From Octopus sinensis (lineage: Eukaryota): 64,000 bases of DNA. This document shows, piece after piece, positions 24,735-37,384 of this stretch (the stretch's first letter is position 1; each line of letters begins with the position of its first letter). Where the stretch lies: the NCBI RefSeq assembly GCF_006345805.1, contig NC_042997.1:178560001-178624000 (forward strand), in the 5' to 3' direction. The position numbers and the translations under genes are program-made. Below the pieces are notes generated by a model. That model saw only the letters and a list, made by a program, of their open reading frames with translations. It made no database searches and had not been told where the DNA came from.

Positions 24735-24875
24735 CTTACATGTTTCATCTATTTCACTGCAGCCAAGCTGAAGTACAGCCGTAAATGGGTTTTAGTCGAA
24801 GAAATCGACCCCAAGACTTATTTTTTGTAAGCCTAGTATTTATTCTATCGGTAGTTTTTGCCGAACTGCTAATAC
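24735..24875 (-). mobile_element. SINE family A 3' part
   Basis: TTTAGTCGA..AATCGACCCC..GACTTATT...GCCTAGTA...GCCGAAC matches the family A tail in reverse. Confidence 0.75.
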
Positions 24876-24916
24876 ATACATACATACATACAAGATCAGT
24901 GTATACATATATCTAC

Positions 24917-25037
<121 letters not shown>

Positions 25038-25596
25038 AATATGTATCTACCTATCTATTTTTCTTTATAGATTGGTATATGATAGTTATTCGCTTGTGAC
25101 CTAGGTAGCCTATTAAGAACATTATGTACTCAGACAAATTTAAACTTTACACTTGTTGCTCCCGTGGTAACTACTCAGCCCAGCTCTTGATAAACATACA
25201 CATATGCAGGTATTGCAGATCAAGCTTCCCCCATTCACTGCATTGGCGGTTTGTTTTCGAACAGCTCACTTCAATTCTAAATGGAAAATGCATGTTCTAA
25301 ATGGAAAATGCACTTCTTCACTTGTTTCTGTTATTGGTGGCGATAACAAGCGTTGCATTCATAACTGACCTCCACTATTCACATGCCTTCAACTTTACAC
25401 ATGCCTTCAACTTTACACAATCTATAAATCGTAGTGGGTGTGCTTTTCACAAACAAATTCGCTATGGGGATTCTCCGATCATTTATTCAAGTGATATGTT
25501 AGTCTAGCATAAATGGCGCTTATGCACCATCACCTCAATGGGTTAAGTTTAGGGTCAGGGTTAGGACCTCGGATCTGCTCAAGACCTTTGAGCAGT

Positions 25597-25752
25597 GGAG
25601 TCCTTGGATATGTAACTCATTGCCTAAATACAAATCTTGAGAAATTAAGCTTCTCAAAACCGGAAAGGAGAAAACTAATTCGAAGACTACAGATCCAATC
25701 CATCACCGGAACTGTAAAAATCTGTGAAACTTTCCAGACGTTTATCATTTAA
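25597..25752 (+). mobile_element. RLE (R4-like) LINE ORF C-terminus, (CATA)n-tailed family
   Basis: LGYVTHCLNTNLEKLSFSKPERRKLIRRLQIQSITGTVKICETFQTFII*, homologous to 39524-39700. Confidence 0.8.
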
Positions 25753-25755
25753 ATA

Positions 25756-26130
25756 TAATAATAATAATAATAATATATAATAATAATGAAATTATTGTAT
25801 ACAGTGCTCAGGTGCACCACAACTTGTCAGAAAGTGCATATAAAGTACATGCAGTAATGTAAAAATGTCTGGAAAGCGAACAATGTATGAGTCAGATACA
25901 TGCCTGTGTGTGTATGGAGGGGAGAAAATCAGGTGTAGTGTTGGCGAATCTCAGAAAGCATGGAAGTTTTGAAGGATGCAGTGCTCCGACAACTAACAAC
26001 TGATGCCGGCAGTTTGTTCCATGCTTCAGCAACTCTCAGCGTGAAAAAATGTTTCCTGAAGTCATAGGAGCTGTGTTGTTTTCTGACTTTGTAAATATGT
26101 CCACTGGTGTTCTTTGTAAATATGTCTACG
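25756..26130 (-). mobile_element. CR1/L2-group LINE 3' end with (ATT)n tail
   Basis: SGHIYKVRKQHSSYDFRKHFFTLRVAEAWNKLPASVVSCRSTASFK, followed by a 3' UTR and an (ATT)n tail. Confidence 0.85.
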
Positions 26131-26134
26131 AGCA

Positions 26135-26285
26135 TGGCTAGGTTGTTTTTCTATTGACAAGAAATCTTGAAATAAAACTGAACAATGACATTCATACGTA
26201 CATACATACACACTCATACATACACACATACATATATATGCACATATAATGCTTATATGCATACATACATACATACATACATACA

Positions 26286-26319
<34 letters not shown>

Positions 26320-26330
26320 CCATACATATA
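26135..26330 (+). mobile_element. 3' terminus and (CATA)n tail of the same RLE family
   Basis: CAAGAAATCTTGAAATAAAACTGAACAATGAC followed by (CATA)n; matches the end of 39275-39770. Confidence 0.75.
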
Positions 26331-27117
26331 CACGCATACACACTAGCACACATAGATTTAGAAAAATGAAAACCGTTAAAGCGCTTACACAAACGCTTTC
26401 TTCCACCAGGCCTGTGTTAATTTGTTTCATTTAAGATTTATTTTAATATAATTAATGTTTTTATAATTTCAGAAAATCTCTTTTCAAACAAAACTCACGT
26501 GCGCGCGCACACACACACATATGAATGTAAATTTATACATATATTATATATTATATATATATATATCTATATGAGTGTCTGTATGTATTTGTATAAATTT
26601 CTTGTTTATCGATAACATGAAAGGCTTATTTTTAAAAACATGGTGTATACTGACAGCTATTTAAATTTGTCAAACACCATACTCATGTTATTTTCTTCAT
26701 TAAAACACATACATTAATGTTAAGTCTAGATTCTAAAAGGTCAAAGCAAATTTATGCAATTTGCTTTGGAAGAAAAACTGTGCATAACCTATTAGTAATA
26801 CGGCTGATCATATAAATTGGTTACTAATGTAGTCTTCAAGTATTTCTAGACACATGGTAGTAGACTGTATATAAACACTTCTATATAAGTTTCCTAATGG
26901 AACACTGTTTTTACTGTTGTTATCTAATTATATCATTTATAGTTGTCTGCGTGAATATGTTGGAATATATTTTATAGATAGATAGGTAGCTAGCTAGATA
27001 GATAGATAGATACACACATACATACATACATACATACATACATAGATATGCATATGTAGTTTATATATACATGTGTATATATATATATATGTATATATAA
27101 GTATATGTATATATAAG

Positions 27118-27162
<45 letters not shown>

Positions 27163-27485
27163 ATGTATATTTACATACATATATACGCACACGTGAATAT
27201 ATGTAATGTATACGATATGGTGCACATATACAAACATTATGCATACAACACATGCATACATGAATAAATACACACACATTAACACTCACACACACATACA
27301 CACACACACGCGCGCACGCACAATACACACATATATTTATATACAAGCATAATACATATATACACACGCGCGCACATACATTCATACAAACATATATATG
27401 TATGTGTGTTATAAATACACAAATGTATAATTGGATATATATATATATGTATATATATATATATTATATATATATATATATATAT

Positions 27486-27577
<92 letters not shown>

Positions 27578-27635
27578 GTATGTATATATATTCATACGTT
27601 CATATACGCATGCTTACATACATGATTCAATACAT

Positions 27636-28960
27636 AACTTTTGATTAAGAAAGCTGCACTGTCTCAAGTGAAAAAACATCAGTATGGCTTGATTATAGGA
27701 AGATATTCGACTCTATTCCCCACTCATGGCTGTTTGAAGTGTCTAGATTTGGCGAAAGCTCTTGTTACCTTAATTGCCGTTCTTGAGAGGTCTACAAAGT
27801 GCTAGATAACAATTCTTACACTTAGAACTGAGACTGGAACGATCATCTCCAATATTATAAGAAAAGGTATATTCCAAGGTGATAGTGTTTCTGTAATTCT
27901 GTTCATTTTGGCATTAAACTCATTATCATTCCTTCTACAAAAATCAATGGGCTACATGCTAGGGCTTGGAACTGCTAAAGATATGAATTTAACCGATAAT
28001 ATCTTAGTGAATGAGCTCGAGATTGATGCAAAAAATGTTAACAATGTCAAACAATACAACTGGAATTAATAACATTTTTAGCTGTCATAGGAAAGGAATT
28101 TGGCCAAAAGAAATGTGTTCCGTTGATTGTTGAACAGGGGAAAATCAGCCCTCAGACCCCTAACCTGCACATAAATGATCTTCCTATCTCTCGTGTCCCT
28201 CACAAAGAATGCTACAAGTACCTAGGCATTGATGAAACTATATAACCGTAGAGTGATCCGTAAGTACTATACCAAACTTAGAAAAATATGACAGTCAGAA
28301 CTCTCTTCATACCACAAAAGAATATTACACAATGCATTTGCAGTACCAGTGCTGATTCCAACATTTGGGATACTTGACTGGATTTGTGGAGGAAATCAAA
28401 TCCATAAACATTAAAATCCGAAAAGTACTGACATTAACTGGAAAACTCCTCAGAAATGATGATATCGACAAGTTCTACCTAAGAAGAGATGAAGGAGTTA
28501 GTGGCTTGGAATCTGTGCAAATAACCTTCGGATATCATATAGTCTCTCTCAGACAGTATTTGCTAAACAACGGCAGCAAGCATAAATACATTAACTTATT
28601 GCTGAAAAGTAGAGAACAATATCCTATGTGTCGACAGGGAGCTCTTTATGAAGCACCCTCTTTTGGATGATATCCCACAAAACCTCAAAACAGCCACATT
28701 AGCATACCTCAAAAGACTACGCAGTGATATCAATATGACGCGCAGCCTCTCTTGGACTCGTGATTGCTGTATCACATCACATTTCGAACGTTATGCATTT
28801 GTAATCCCAGAATAGGAGATTGCTACGAAATACCTAATAAACAGAAGAGATAATGAAGTCCTTGGTGCTCCAAGATGCAATCAAAAATACAGATCGTGCC
28901 ATATTTTTGCGGAGGTCCTCTCATGTGATTAGCAGTCGCCAAAAAAAATCGCATAAAACA
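27636..28960 (+). mobile_element. Decayed R4-like RLE LINE internal fragment (RT to CCHC region)
   Basis: VWLDYRKIFDSIPHSWL, RKGIFQGDSVSVILFILALN, CYKYLGIDE, HNAFAVPVLIPTFG, DIDKFYLRRDEGVSGL and SHFERYAFVIPE*EIATKYL. Confidence 0.85.
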
Positions 28961-29821
28961 ATATATAATGTCATTCGGGGGAATAAAACTGTCGAATAAC
29001 TATAAAGACCCCCCACCCCTGTTTTTGAAAACATACTCAAACAACAACACAAGGAATACTGGTGGAACATTCCCATCTAAACATCCATCAAGTTACTTGC
29101 TTCCTCGGAAACTTCATGGACAGACCAGTGCCACGTTTTACAGATTATAGCATACACCTCAGTAATGTGTCTGCCGTATTATAGGAAGTTGTCCTGATTT
29201 GGGCTAGTCATTAGCAGACGTTCTCAGTGAGTCGAAACACATACTACTTATGACATTGCGTCCTGCCCAAACAATCTTCTTTGTAATCGGTTGTGGTGTT
29301 AGTAAAGACGCCATGAAAGTTTTTCTCTATTTGCAGAAGAATTTCACAAAAACCTGTTGCTCTCTCAAGTTCTTAACTGATTTTGATATTTCTTTTGTAC
29401 GAATTTACATTTTGACTTGTTAAAATTTTCACTAATGTTTGTTGGGTACAAATGGTTTGGTACAAATCTGGTTTTGCCGCATACTTTTCATTTTCGCATG
29501 CATCAATTTCACTTTAGAATAGCAGACTAATGATTAAATTTTGTTACTATTTAGCATGGAATTGGGTTGCATTTATTGCTTATTAACCACTCCTATCATA
29601 TCATATCCGACTATATCATCGGAAATCTAATGAAATTAAAAGGTGGTGAATTAATAACCCTATACAAATTCACTTTCATGTAAACTGTAAAGAATACTTT
29701 ACATAATTTAAAGTCGATGTTAGTTCCTGTCTGAGAAAAAAAGAAATTCTACACACATATACTCACTCAGTATATTTGCAAATATACAAATATACACAAG
29801 CACACAAAATTTCACTCGTGC

Positions 29822-29866
<45 letters not shown>

Positions 29867-29868
<2 letters not shown>

Positions 29869-30150
29869 GAGGTGCAATGGCTCAGTGGTTAGGGCACCGG
29901 ACTCGCGGTTTCGATTCCCAGACCGGGCGTTGTGAGTGTTTATTGAGCGAAAACACCTAAAAAGTTCCACGAGGCTCCGGCAGGGGGTGGTGATCCCTGC
30001 TGTACTCTTTCACCACTCTTTCTCCTACTCTTTCTTCTGTTGGCCTGCTCGCTTAGCCAGCGGGGTGGCGTCATTCGAAGGCTAAAACAATGCGAACGCA
30101 TTGTGACCAGCAATGTGTAACAACATCTGATGGTCTGGTCGGTCGCGTGA
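29867..30150 (+). mobile_element. tRNA-derived SINE family C
   Basis: A box TGGCTCAGTGG and B box GGTTTCGATTCC, a distinct body, ending at (TA)n. Confidence 0.75.
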
Positions 30151-30282
30151 TATATATATATATAAAACAAACTGATAATAACAAAGGGCACAAAAAGAAC
30201 ACACACCCAGTGGTAATCTATTAATTTGTATTCATTTGCCTATCTATAAATAAGTATCTGTCTAAGCCCATATATATATATA

Positions 30283-30414
30283 CAGGGTGTCCCAGAAGTC
30301 GCGCACCATTCTGGTTTCCACTTAAAATAATAAAAGCATTTTATTTTATAATATTTTTTTCTGCATGTTTTATTGTAGAGGGTGCCCAATTTGAGCGAAA
30401 CTTCTGGGACACCC

Positions 30415-30416
<2 letters not shown>
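30283..30416. mobile_element. Tc1/mariner-type MITE, ~134 bp
   Basis: TIRs CAGGGTGTCCCAGAAGT / ACTTCTGGGACACCCTA embedded in (TA)n, compatible with a TA TSD. Confidence 0.85.
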
Positions 30417-30450
<34 letters not shown>

Positions 30451-31019
30451 ATATATATATATGTATATGTTATACAAATATATGTATGTTTATATACGAA
30501 TGCGCGTGTTTGTGTGTGTGCGTGCGTGAGTGTATGTGTGTGCATGTATGTGTGTGTACGTATCGTGAGGATGAAAACACTAAAATCAAAACAATGATGT
30601 GTATAGTTCCGACAGACTTGGACCTCTTTTGCAGTAGATTTCATCTTCGGAAAGCAGCCTCTCCTCTTTAAGACGATGAAAGTTGACAACAAGCAAAGTG
30701 GGAGACTTTGAGACATCGGTTTTCGGCATGATTATACCTCCTCTGTGAGAAACATCTGCTGTAAATTTCTTCATCGGAGAATAGTCTCTTTTTTTAGACA
30801 ATGGAAGTTGGCAACAAATTATGTAGAGGATTCTGGGACATCGATTCTCGGCGTGATTGTGCCGCCTCTGAACTCTGAAACTAAACAAAAGCGATCGTTC
30901 TTGCTTATATAATTTTTCAAGCAATATATTTCTTGATGAATGCTCAGGTCTACCAAACTGACATTAAATTTACGTTAACACACATCAGCAATTCACACAG
31001 ACACACACATACAAACACA

Positions 31020-31085
<66 letters not shown>

Positions 31086-31266
31086 ACACACATATGCGTG
31101 TTAGTAATAACGAACAGGACAAAAATATTCAACACCAAGTTGTGGTTGTAGACGATTCTTCCATAACTTTGCATATATATCTGCTATCTTTCGTTCTGTG
31201 TGTCACAACCACTATTTGACAAAGCGATTACACGGAGAAATTTAATAAAAATGAGTTATGAACTAA

Positions 31267-31307
<41 letters not shown>

Positions 31308-31316
31308 TATATATAT

Positions 31317-31382
<66 letters not shown>

Positions 31383-31391
31383 TATATATAT

Positions 31392-31612
31392 TCTTTACTC
31401 TTTACTCTTTTACTATTTTACTTGTTTCAGTCATTTGACTGTGGCCATGATGGTGCACCGCCTTTAGTCGAGCAAATCGATCCCAGGACTTATACTTAGT
31501 AAACGTAGAACTTATTCTATCAGTCTCCTTGCCGAACCGTTAAGTTACGGGGTCGTAAACACACCTGCATCGGTTGTCAAGCGATGTTTGAGGGACAAAC
31601 ACAGACACACAA

Positions 31613-31659
<47 letters not shown>

Positions 31660-31850
31660 ACATATATATATATATTATAATATATATATATATACATATA
31701 TACGAAGGGCTTCTTTCAGTTTCCGTCTACCAGGCTTTGGTAGGCCCGAGGCTATAGTAGAAGACACTTGCCCAAGGAGTCACGCAGTGGGACTGAACCC
31801 GGAACCATGTGGTTGGTAAGCAAGCTACTTACCACACAGCCATTCCTACA

Positions 31851-31851
<1 letters not shown>
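31392..31851 (-). mobile_element. Full SINE family A with internal (CA/TA)n
   Basis: tRNA-like head, core-like block, internal microsatellite and (GAGTAAAA)n tail. Confidence 0.92.
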
Positions 31852-31890
<39 letters not shown>

Positions 31891-32323
31891 TTCTAATGGA
31901 AAGAGCTTGCTCTTTTACAGGAATGTATTTCATCCAAGCGTGTACCGGTTTAGCTCCATATCGATTAATTTTCCTGGAATTTGATAATTAGTGTTGGTAT
32001 TAGTGTTTATTGACATTGGTGCTTAACACTTATATAGTTCCAGTTGTCGTTATAGATGTTTTTATCTATCCGATATAGGAGAACAGAATTTAATAATATA
32101 ATACAAATATAATTAATAAATAAATTAAATATGCATTATGTGAATAAATCAATATCTAGAATTAAATGATTCTATAATATTAATCAAATAGAGGAATACA
32201 TACTGAAACCCTGACTATCAGCTGATGTATCTAAATAAATAGATTAACAGTTAAATAGATGAGGGATAGAGAGCTTACTACATTCATAAGGAAAAGGAAT
32301 ATATGTATGTATATAAATATATG

Positions 32324-32402
<79 letters not shown>

Positions 32403-32492
32403 TATACATATATATATTTACATATATTCCTTTTCCTTATGAATGTAGTAAGCTCTCTCTCTCTATATATATATATAAATATATATATATAG

Positions 32493-32541
<49 letters not shown>

Positions 32542-32573
32542 CATATATTCCTTTTCCTTATGAATGTAGTAAG

Positions 32574-32611
<38 letters not shown>

Positions 32612-33688
32612 GTAGAAGGTTGAAAAGGAACACACGACTTGATATATATGGAAAAAAGTCAAGGTAGAAAATGCTAAAATAATTTTATAAAAAACATTTC
32701 AGTACCGGGTTCAATCATTGAGACTTTTTCAACTGTAAATATGGAGAACAATTAAATTTTGGAAAAATTAAAATAAAAGTTTTTTTTAAAAGAATATTTG
32801 CATAGTATTCAAATACAAGGGGCATTTTCCTTGTTTCTGCCTGTCTCCCTCTGTCTTGTTTACTCTTGTGGGTTCGAGGTCGTTGTGAATTCTTGTTAGG
32901 GATGAAGAAGAAGAAGAAGCTCGTTGTTTTTGGAGCCATGTAATCTCAAGTAGACATTGACATCTTCTGGTATCTTCCTATTTTGAACTAACTGAAGACC
33001 TTGCTATATTTTTCAAGTGTTTAGTGTATTTCTCTTATGGGCATTGCAGAGATCATCACAAGCAATTCTGATGATTTGTTACTAACAACTTACTACTTGC
33101 AGTGTACACAGGAAAAAGCAACCAACTAATCGCTCTCATACATTTTGTTTCAAAGACAGCTTCTATAAAAGTATTAGTAAAAATAACATGAAATAAAATA
33201 TAAATAGCTACAGTAATCATTTAATCTCTCTTACTCAATAATTTCACGTTTAACCTAACATCGTCTGAATTATAGAACCGTTATATCCTTGAATTTGATT
33301 TAATCACAGAAAAAACTAGATTTGTCGCCTTCAATGGTTAGTTGATTTCTATCAATAGATGAGATTTCATTGTCTTTGACGGCGAATGAACAAATAAAGC
33401 TAGAATGGAGACAGTCAGTTACAAGAATCAAAGGTAAATGAACGAAAGAAAAAACATGAAAGGTAAAACAATAACAAAAATAGCCCCCAAAGGTTCTGAA
33501 GAACAATGTTTGCTTTTGTTTCTATAAAAATAGGTAGTTTGCTGCATTAATTCCACTAGGAGAACCGCTGCGCTCTTTCGACGACCGACTGGTGGGCGGT
33601 GATATTTTTAGCACAAGCGCGCGCACACACACGTATGTGTATATCATACTTAAGTTCATTTTAAGAATATGTATATATGTATATATAT

Positions 33689-33731
<43 letters not shown>

Positions 33732-33899
33732 AACAACTTAACCTTTAAAGGTATTTTTTAATATGCTGGCCATTGATAACATTTTTGGGAAAAAATTTTG
33801 TCCTACATTAAATATATATATATATATATATTTTTATATATGTATATATTTGTATATTTATATATGTATATATATATATATATATATACATACACACAT

Positions 33900-33944
<45 letters not shown>

Positions 33945-34756
33945 TATATATATATATATATATACATACATAGACACACACAAACACACACACATATATA
34001 TGTACATGAATGTGCGTATAGATGTGTATATATGCATACGCTCTCTATTGCTCTCAATATTTGTGTGTGTGTATGTATGTGTTTGCTTGTTGTCCAAGGC
34101 AGAAGTAGTAGAACTGGCTACTTTCACAAAACAGTAAGTTCATGTCATGGCTAGCAAAAGCGGAAGAAATGCGACAAAGTTAAAAATAGGTAGAAAAAGG
34201 AAGTAGATGAGGACGTGATCGCAGTGAATGAGAGACGTCCAATATGTTGAAGGAAGGCCCAGTGATACACCGTGTAGTATGAGTTACCTAAAGAGAGAGG
34301 TGACTTTTGTGATCGGTAATAGCATTGAGAACTAGTAGTGTTGTGTGTGTCTAGAATTGTGGTTACATAATACATACGTACATACATACATACATACATA
34401 CATACATACATACATACATACATACATACATGTGAAAACATACACGCTCCTCATCTCCACGCACAAATTCTTAGTTCCATGATAAGTATACATTATGGAA
34501 ATTGCATCCGTGTTTTGGAATAGAATCGTTTTTTTTTTCATGAGGAATAGGTCAATTTTTACTGGGAATGAAGAGTAAAATGCAACCAATTTACCCCCCA
34601 GAATATTACGAAACTTATTTCATAGATTGCATTTATATAATTGTTTTGCAAGGTTCTTAACGTGAAAACGTGTGTTGAAACAGATATTGTTATATTTGAT
34701 GATGGTCATGTCTTGTCAATTAAACACACACACTATTTATTTGATTTTCGCTTTAG

Positions 34757-34812
<56 letters not shown>

Positions 34813-34899
34813 CATCATCATCATCATCTTTATTATTATTATTTGTTTATTTGTCTGCCAAAATTCTTTCGTCACACATTCTGTGAATTTTGAGAGAGA

Positions 34900-35155
34900 A
34901 ACAAACTAAACATGTGATACCAATAGTAATTGGTGCTCTTAGAAGTATCAGCACTCAACTACCAGCATGGCTGAAAAAGATCGGTGCAATTGTGAAGGTA
35001 GAACACCAACAAAAAAATCAGAATTGCTTAGAACTGCAAGAATTCTTCACAGGGTTCTTGAAGCATGATTAGCAAACAAGTGTCACCTTAGTCTACTGGC
35101 CGTGGACAGCTGACACTTTGCATCATACCTAGCATAATAAGCTTTGAGTTTTCAC

Positions 35156-35207
<52 letters not shown>
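34900..35207 (+). mobile_element. R4/Dong-like LINE 3' end with (TAA)n tail
   Basis: VIPIVIGALRSIS...LLRTARILHRVL*, then a ~90-nt UTR and (TAA)n; same family as 63156-64000. Confidence 0.85.
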
Positions 35208-35208
<1 letters not shown>

Positions 35209-36637
35209 TTATTATTATTGAACTTCCAACCTGTTGTCTCTTGAGGTCTCTGGGTGAGACTTGGAGCCAACTTGTACAAATATAAAGCAAAATTCAAACA
35301 TAGAATAATAATAATAATAATAAAAACTAAAGTGAATATCAAATAAATGCCGCATATATTTAAATTGCAAAAGACGACCATCCCCATTCATAACAATGGT
35401 TCATAGATGCCATCCTTCAATATCTAAGAGAACGAAATTAGTTACTGTTAGGTAGAATTTCATCAGTTCATCTTTTCTACATGTTGATCACCCGTTTAAA
35501 ATGAAATTATAATCTCTGTCTTATAGACACACAATGTCACATATCTTTAAAGGTGTGAAATTGTGTTATAATTCTAAGTTGAGGTAACGAGAAGTGTAAA
35601 TGAAATTATTTGGTAGAAAGTGGGAATTGAAACCAAGTAATTGAATTAGCTTGATTGGAACTATTTCTTCTCGTATTAGGATTATTATAACTTTTTCTTT
35701 TAATTAGGTACAAAACTCTAAAGTGGCAGGAGAGAAAAATGACACAATCTTTCGAAGAATATTAGGAATTCAGAGAAGTGAAATTACCTCCACGGACCAT
35801 GCACTCTTCTGTTAGCAGGACGGCCGACATCTCTTCCTTCATGTCTCACTCTTTCATTGTTGGTAGGGGTGGCCTAGTGAGTTTTTGAAGGATCTGAGAG
35901 GACAATCACTTCTTAGGCTACCACGTGGTCTGTTATTTGTCTTATGGATATATATCTGCGCCAATTTAGTATCGCCATCTCTAGTATAGACTATGAGCAC
36001 TGCATTTCAAAAACTTCTAGTTTGCGCGTGCAATCGTATATTTTTAGGGTCTATCTATCAACCAGTGCCTCAAATTAGGTAGTACAAAACACTTCATTTT
36101 CCCAACAACAATATACACCACGGATAGATAGAAAGAAAGACACAATGTATAATGAAGTTCATTGCATTTAAATATATTATGCTTGGAAAGAAAGAAAAGA
36201 TTGTCCGTAAGACCTGAATTGAAGATAAGCAACAACCATCACCAACAACAATCACTTTTCTATGTAAGTCTATGACCTAATGTGTTGACCACTAATACTG
36301 CAGTGTTCACTGTTTTGCTGAAATATATTGGTTATCTCACATAAACCTAATCGTTTCACACGCGTGTCTTCCTTACATTATCCCATTATTGTGTTTCTAG
36401 AACTAGATTACTTTCCAGCTCTTTATTCAATTCCTACTTCCCAAAACTGAGTCTGGTACTTCTAGGCCAATTACGTTTCATCTCAGTCATAAATCTTCGA
36501 AACAATACTTCCCAAACTAAATTTTAATCGTGTTAACCGTAACGAGATATCCCTATTATCCAATATAGAACCACTGAGAATGGCAAAAGAAACCTTTTCT
36601 TCTCCGTATCAGCTGATATAACTCTTTTTGACTATGC

Positions 36638-37384
36638 TACCCCTTCACAAAGCGGTAGAGTGGTGTAAACGGGCAGTGTCAGAGCTATGCCGTCGGGAAC
36701 TTCGATCCCTGGTAGGGCCACCCAAGGCAGATTGGTCTGGCACCGAGCGGTATTAGGGACGCAGCCTGGCCAACGGGGCTCTGGTGAAAATTCCAAGAGG
36801 CGCCTGATCGGCAACCGGCAGCTTCGACGTCGTTCTGTCCCTGCGTCTGTGGAGACTTCGCGGCAAACAGGGCGTCCCGTCACTCGGGGTATGCATGCGG
36901 GATGTCGGGGACCGCTTGTGAATTCAATATTCCCACGAAACTTCTATGAATCCTACTACTACCATGGCAATAAATACGAATACGAATACAAATTATCTAC
37001 CTACTGCAAACTTGCAACCAATCAACAACCCTCAAACTGCTATGGCTCTTCAAGCAACTCCTGGAGTTGGTTCGGTCATGCGGCCCGGTGTCCAGAGGGT
37101 GAGCTGATTCGCGATGTCCTCCTCCCACCTCCACTTCCCAACTGGCGCAAACGTACGGGCGGGCAGCTGAAGACCTGGGCAACGGCGATGAAGGAGGACC
37201 TCTCCGAACTTTCAGGTCCGCAGGTGGTCAGTCTGCGCAGATGGTACCGCGAATGGCTCGCTATCTCCAGTGACCTCGCACAGGACCGTCGAGCGTGGGC
37301 CGCCATGGTTCGTGATGTCGTCAGGACCAGAGAAGAAGCTAGCTCAACCCGCCCTGGGTGAACACCGTCACAAGTACAAGTAAG
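36638..37384 (+). mobile_element. 747-bp internally deleted RTE-clade element with 12-bp TSD
   Basis: 3' part encodes WFGHAARCPEGELIRD...GGQLKTWA...DLAQDRRAW; (CAAGTA)n tail; flanks TTTTGACTATGC (36626-36637) and TTTTGACTGTGC (37385-37396). Confidence 0.85.

Noticed and set aside
25540-25565. Interstitial telomeric repeat GGGTTAAGTTTAGGGTCAGGGTTAGG
   Set aside because: Only about four degenerate units; too short to support.
26742-26768. 11-bp perfect hairpin CAAAGCAAATT-TATGC-AATTTGCTTTG
   Set aside because: A short AT-rich stem with no supporting context; compatible with chance.
28968-29350. Possible Tc1/mariner coding remnant
   Set aside because: Non-repetitive sequence, but no DDE/D or HTH motif was recognisable in any frame.
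36638-36800. HDV-like ribozyme at the RTE 5' end
   Set aside because: Short helices exist (GGGA/TCCC, CAGAGC/GCTCTG), but I could not fit the P1-P2-P3-P1.1-P4 topology by eye.
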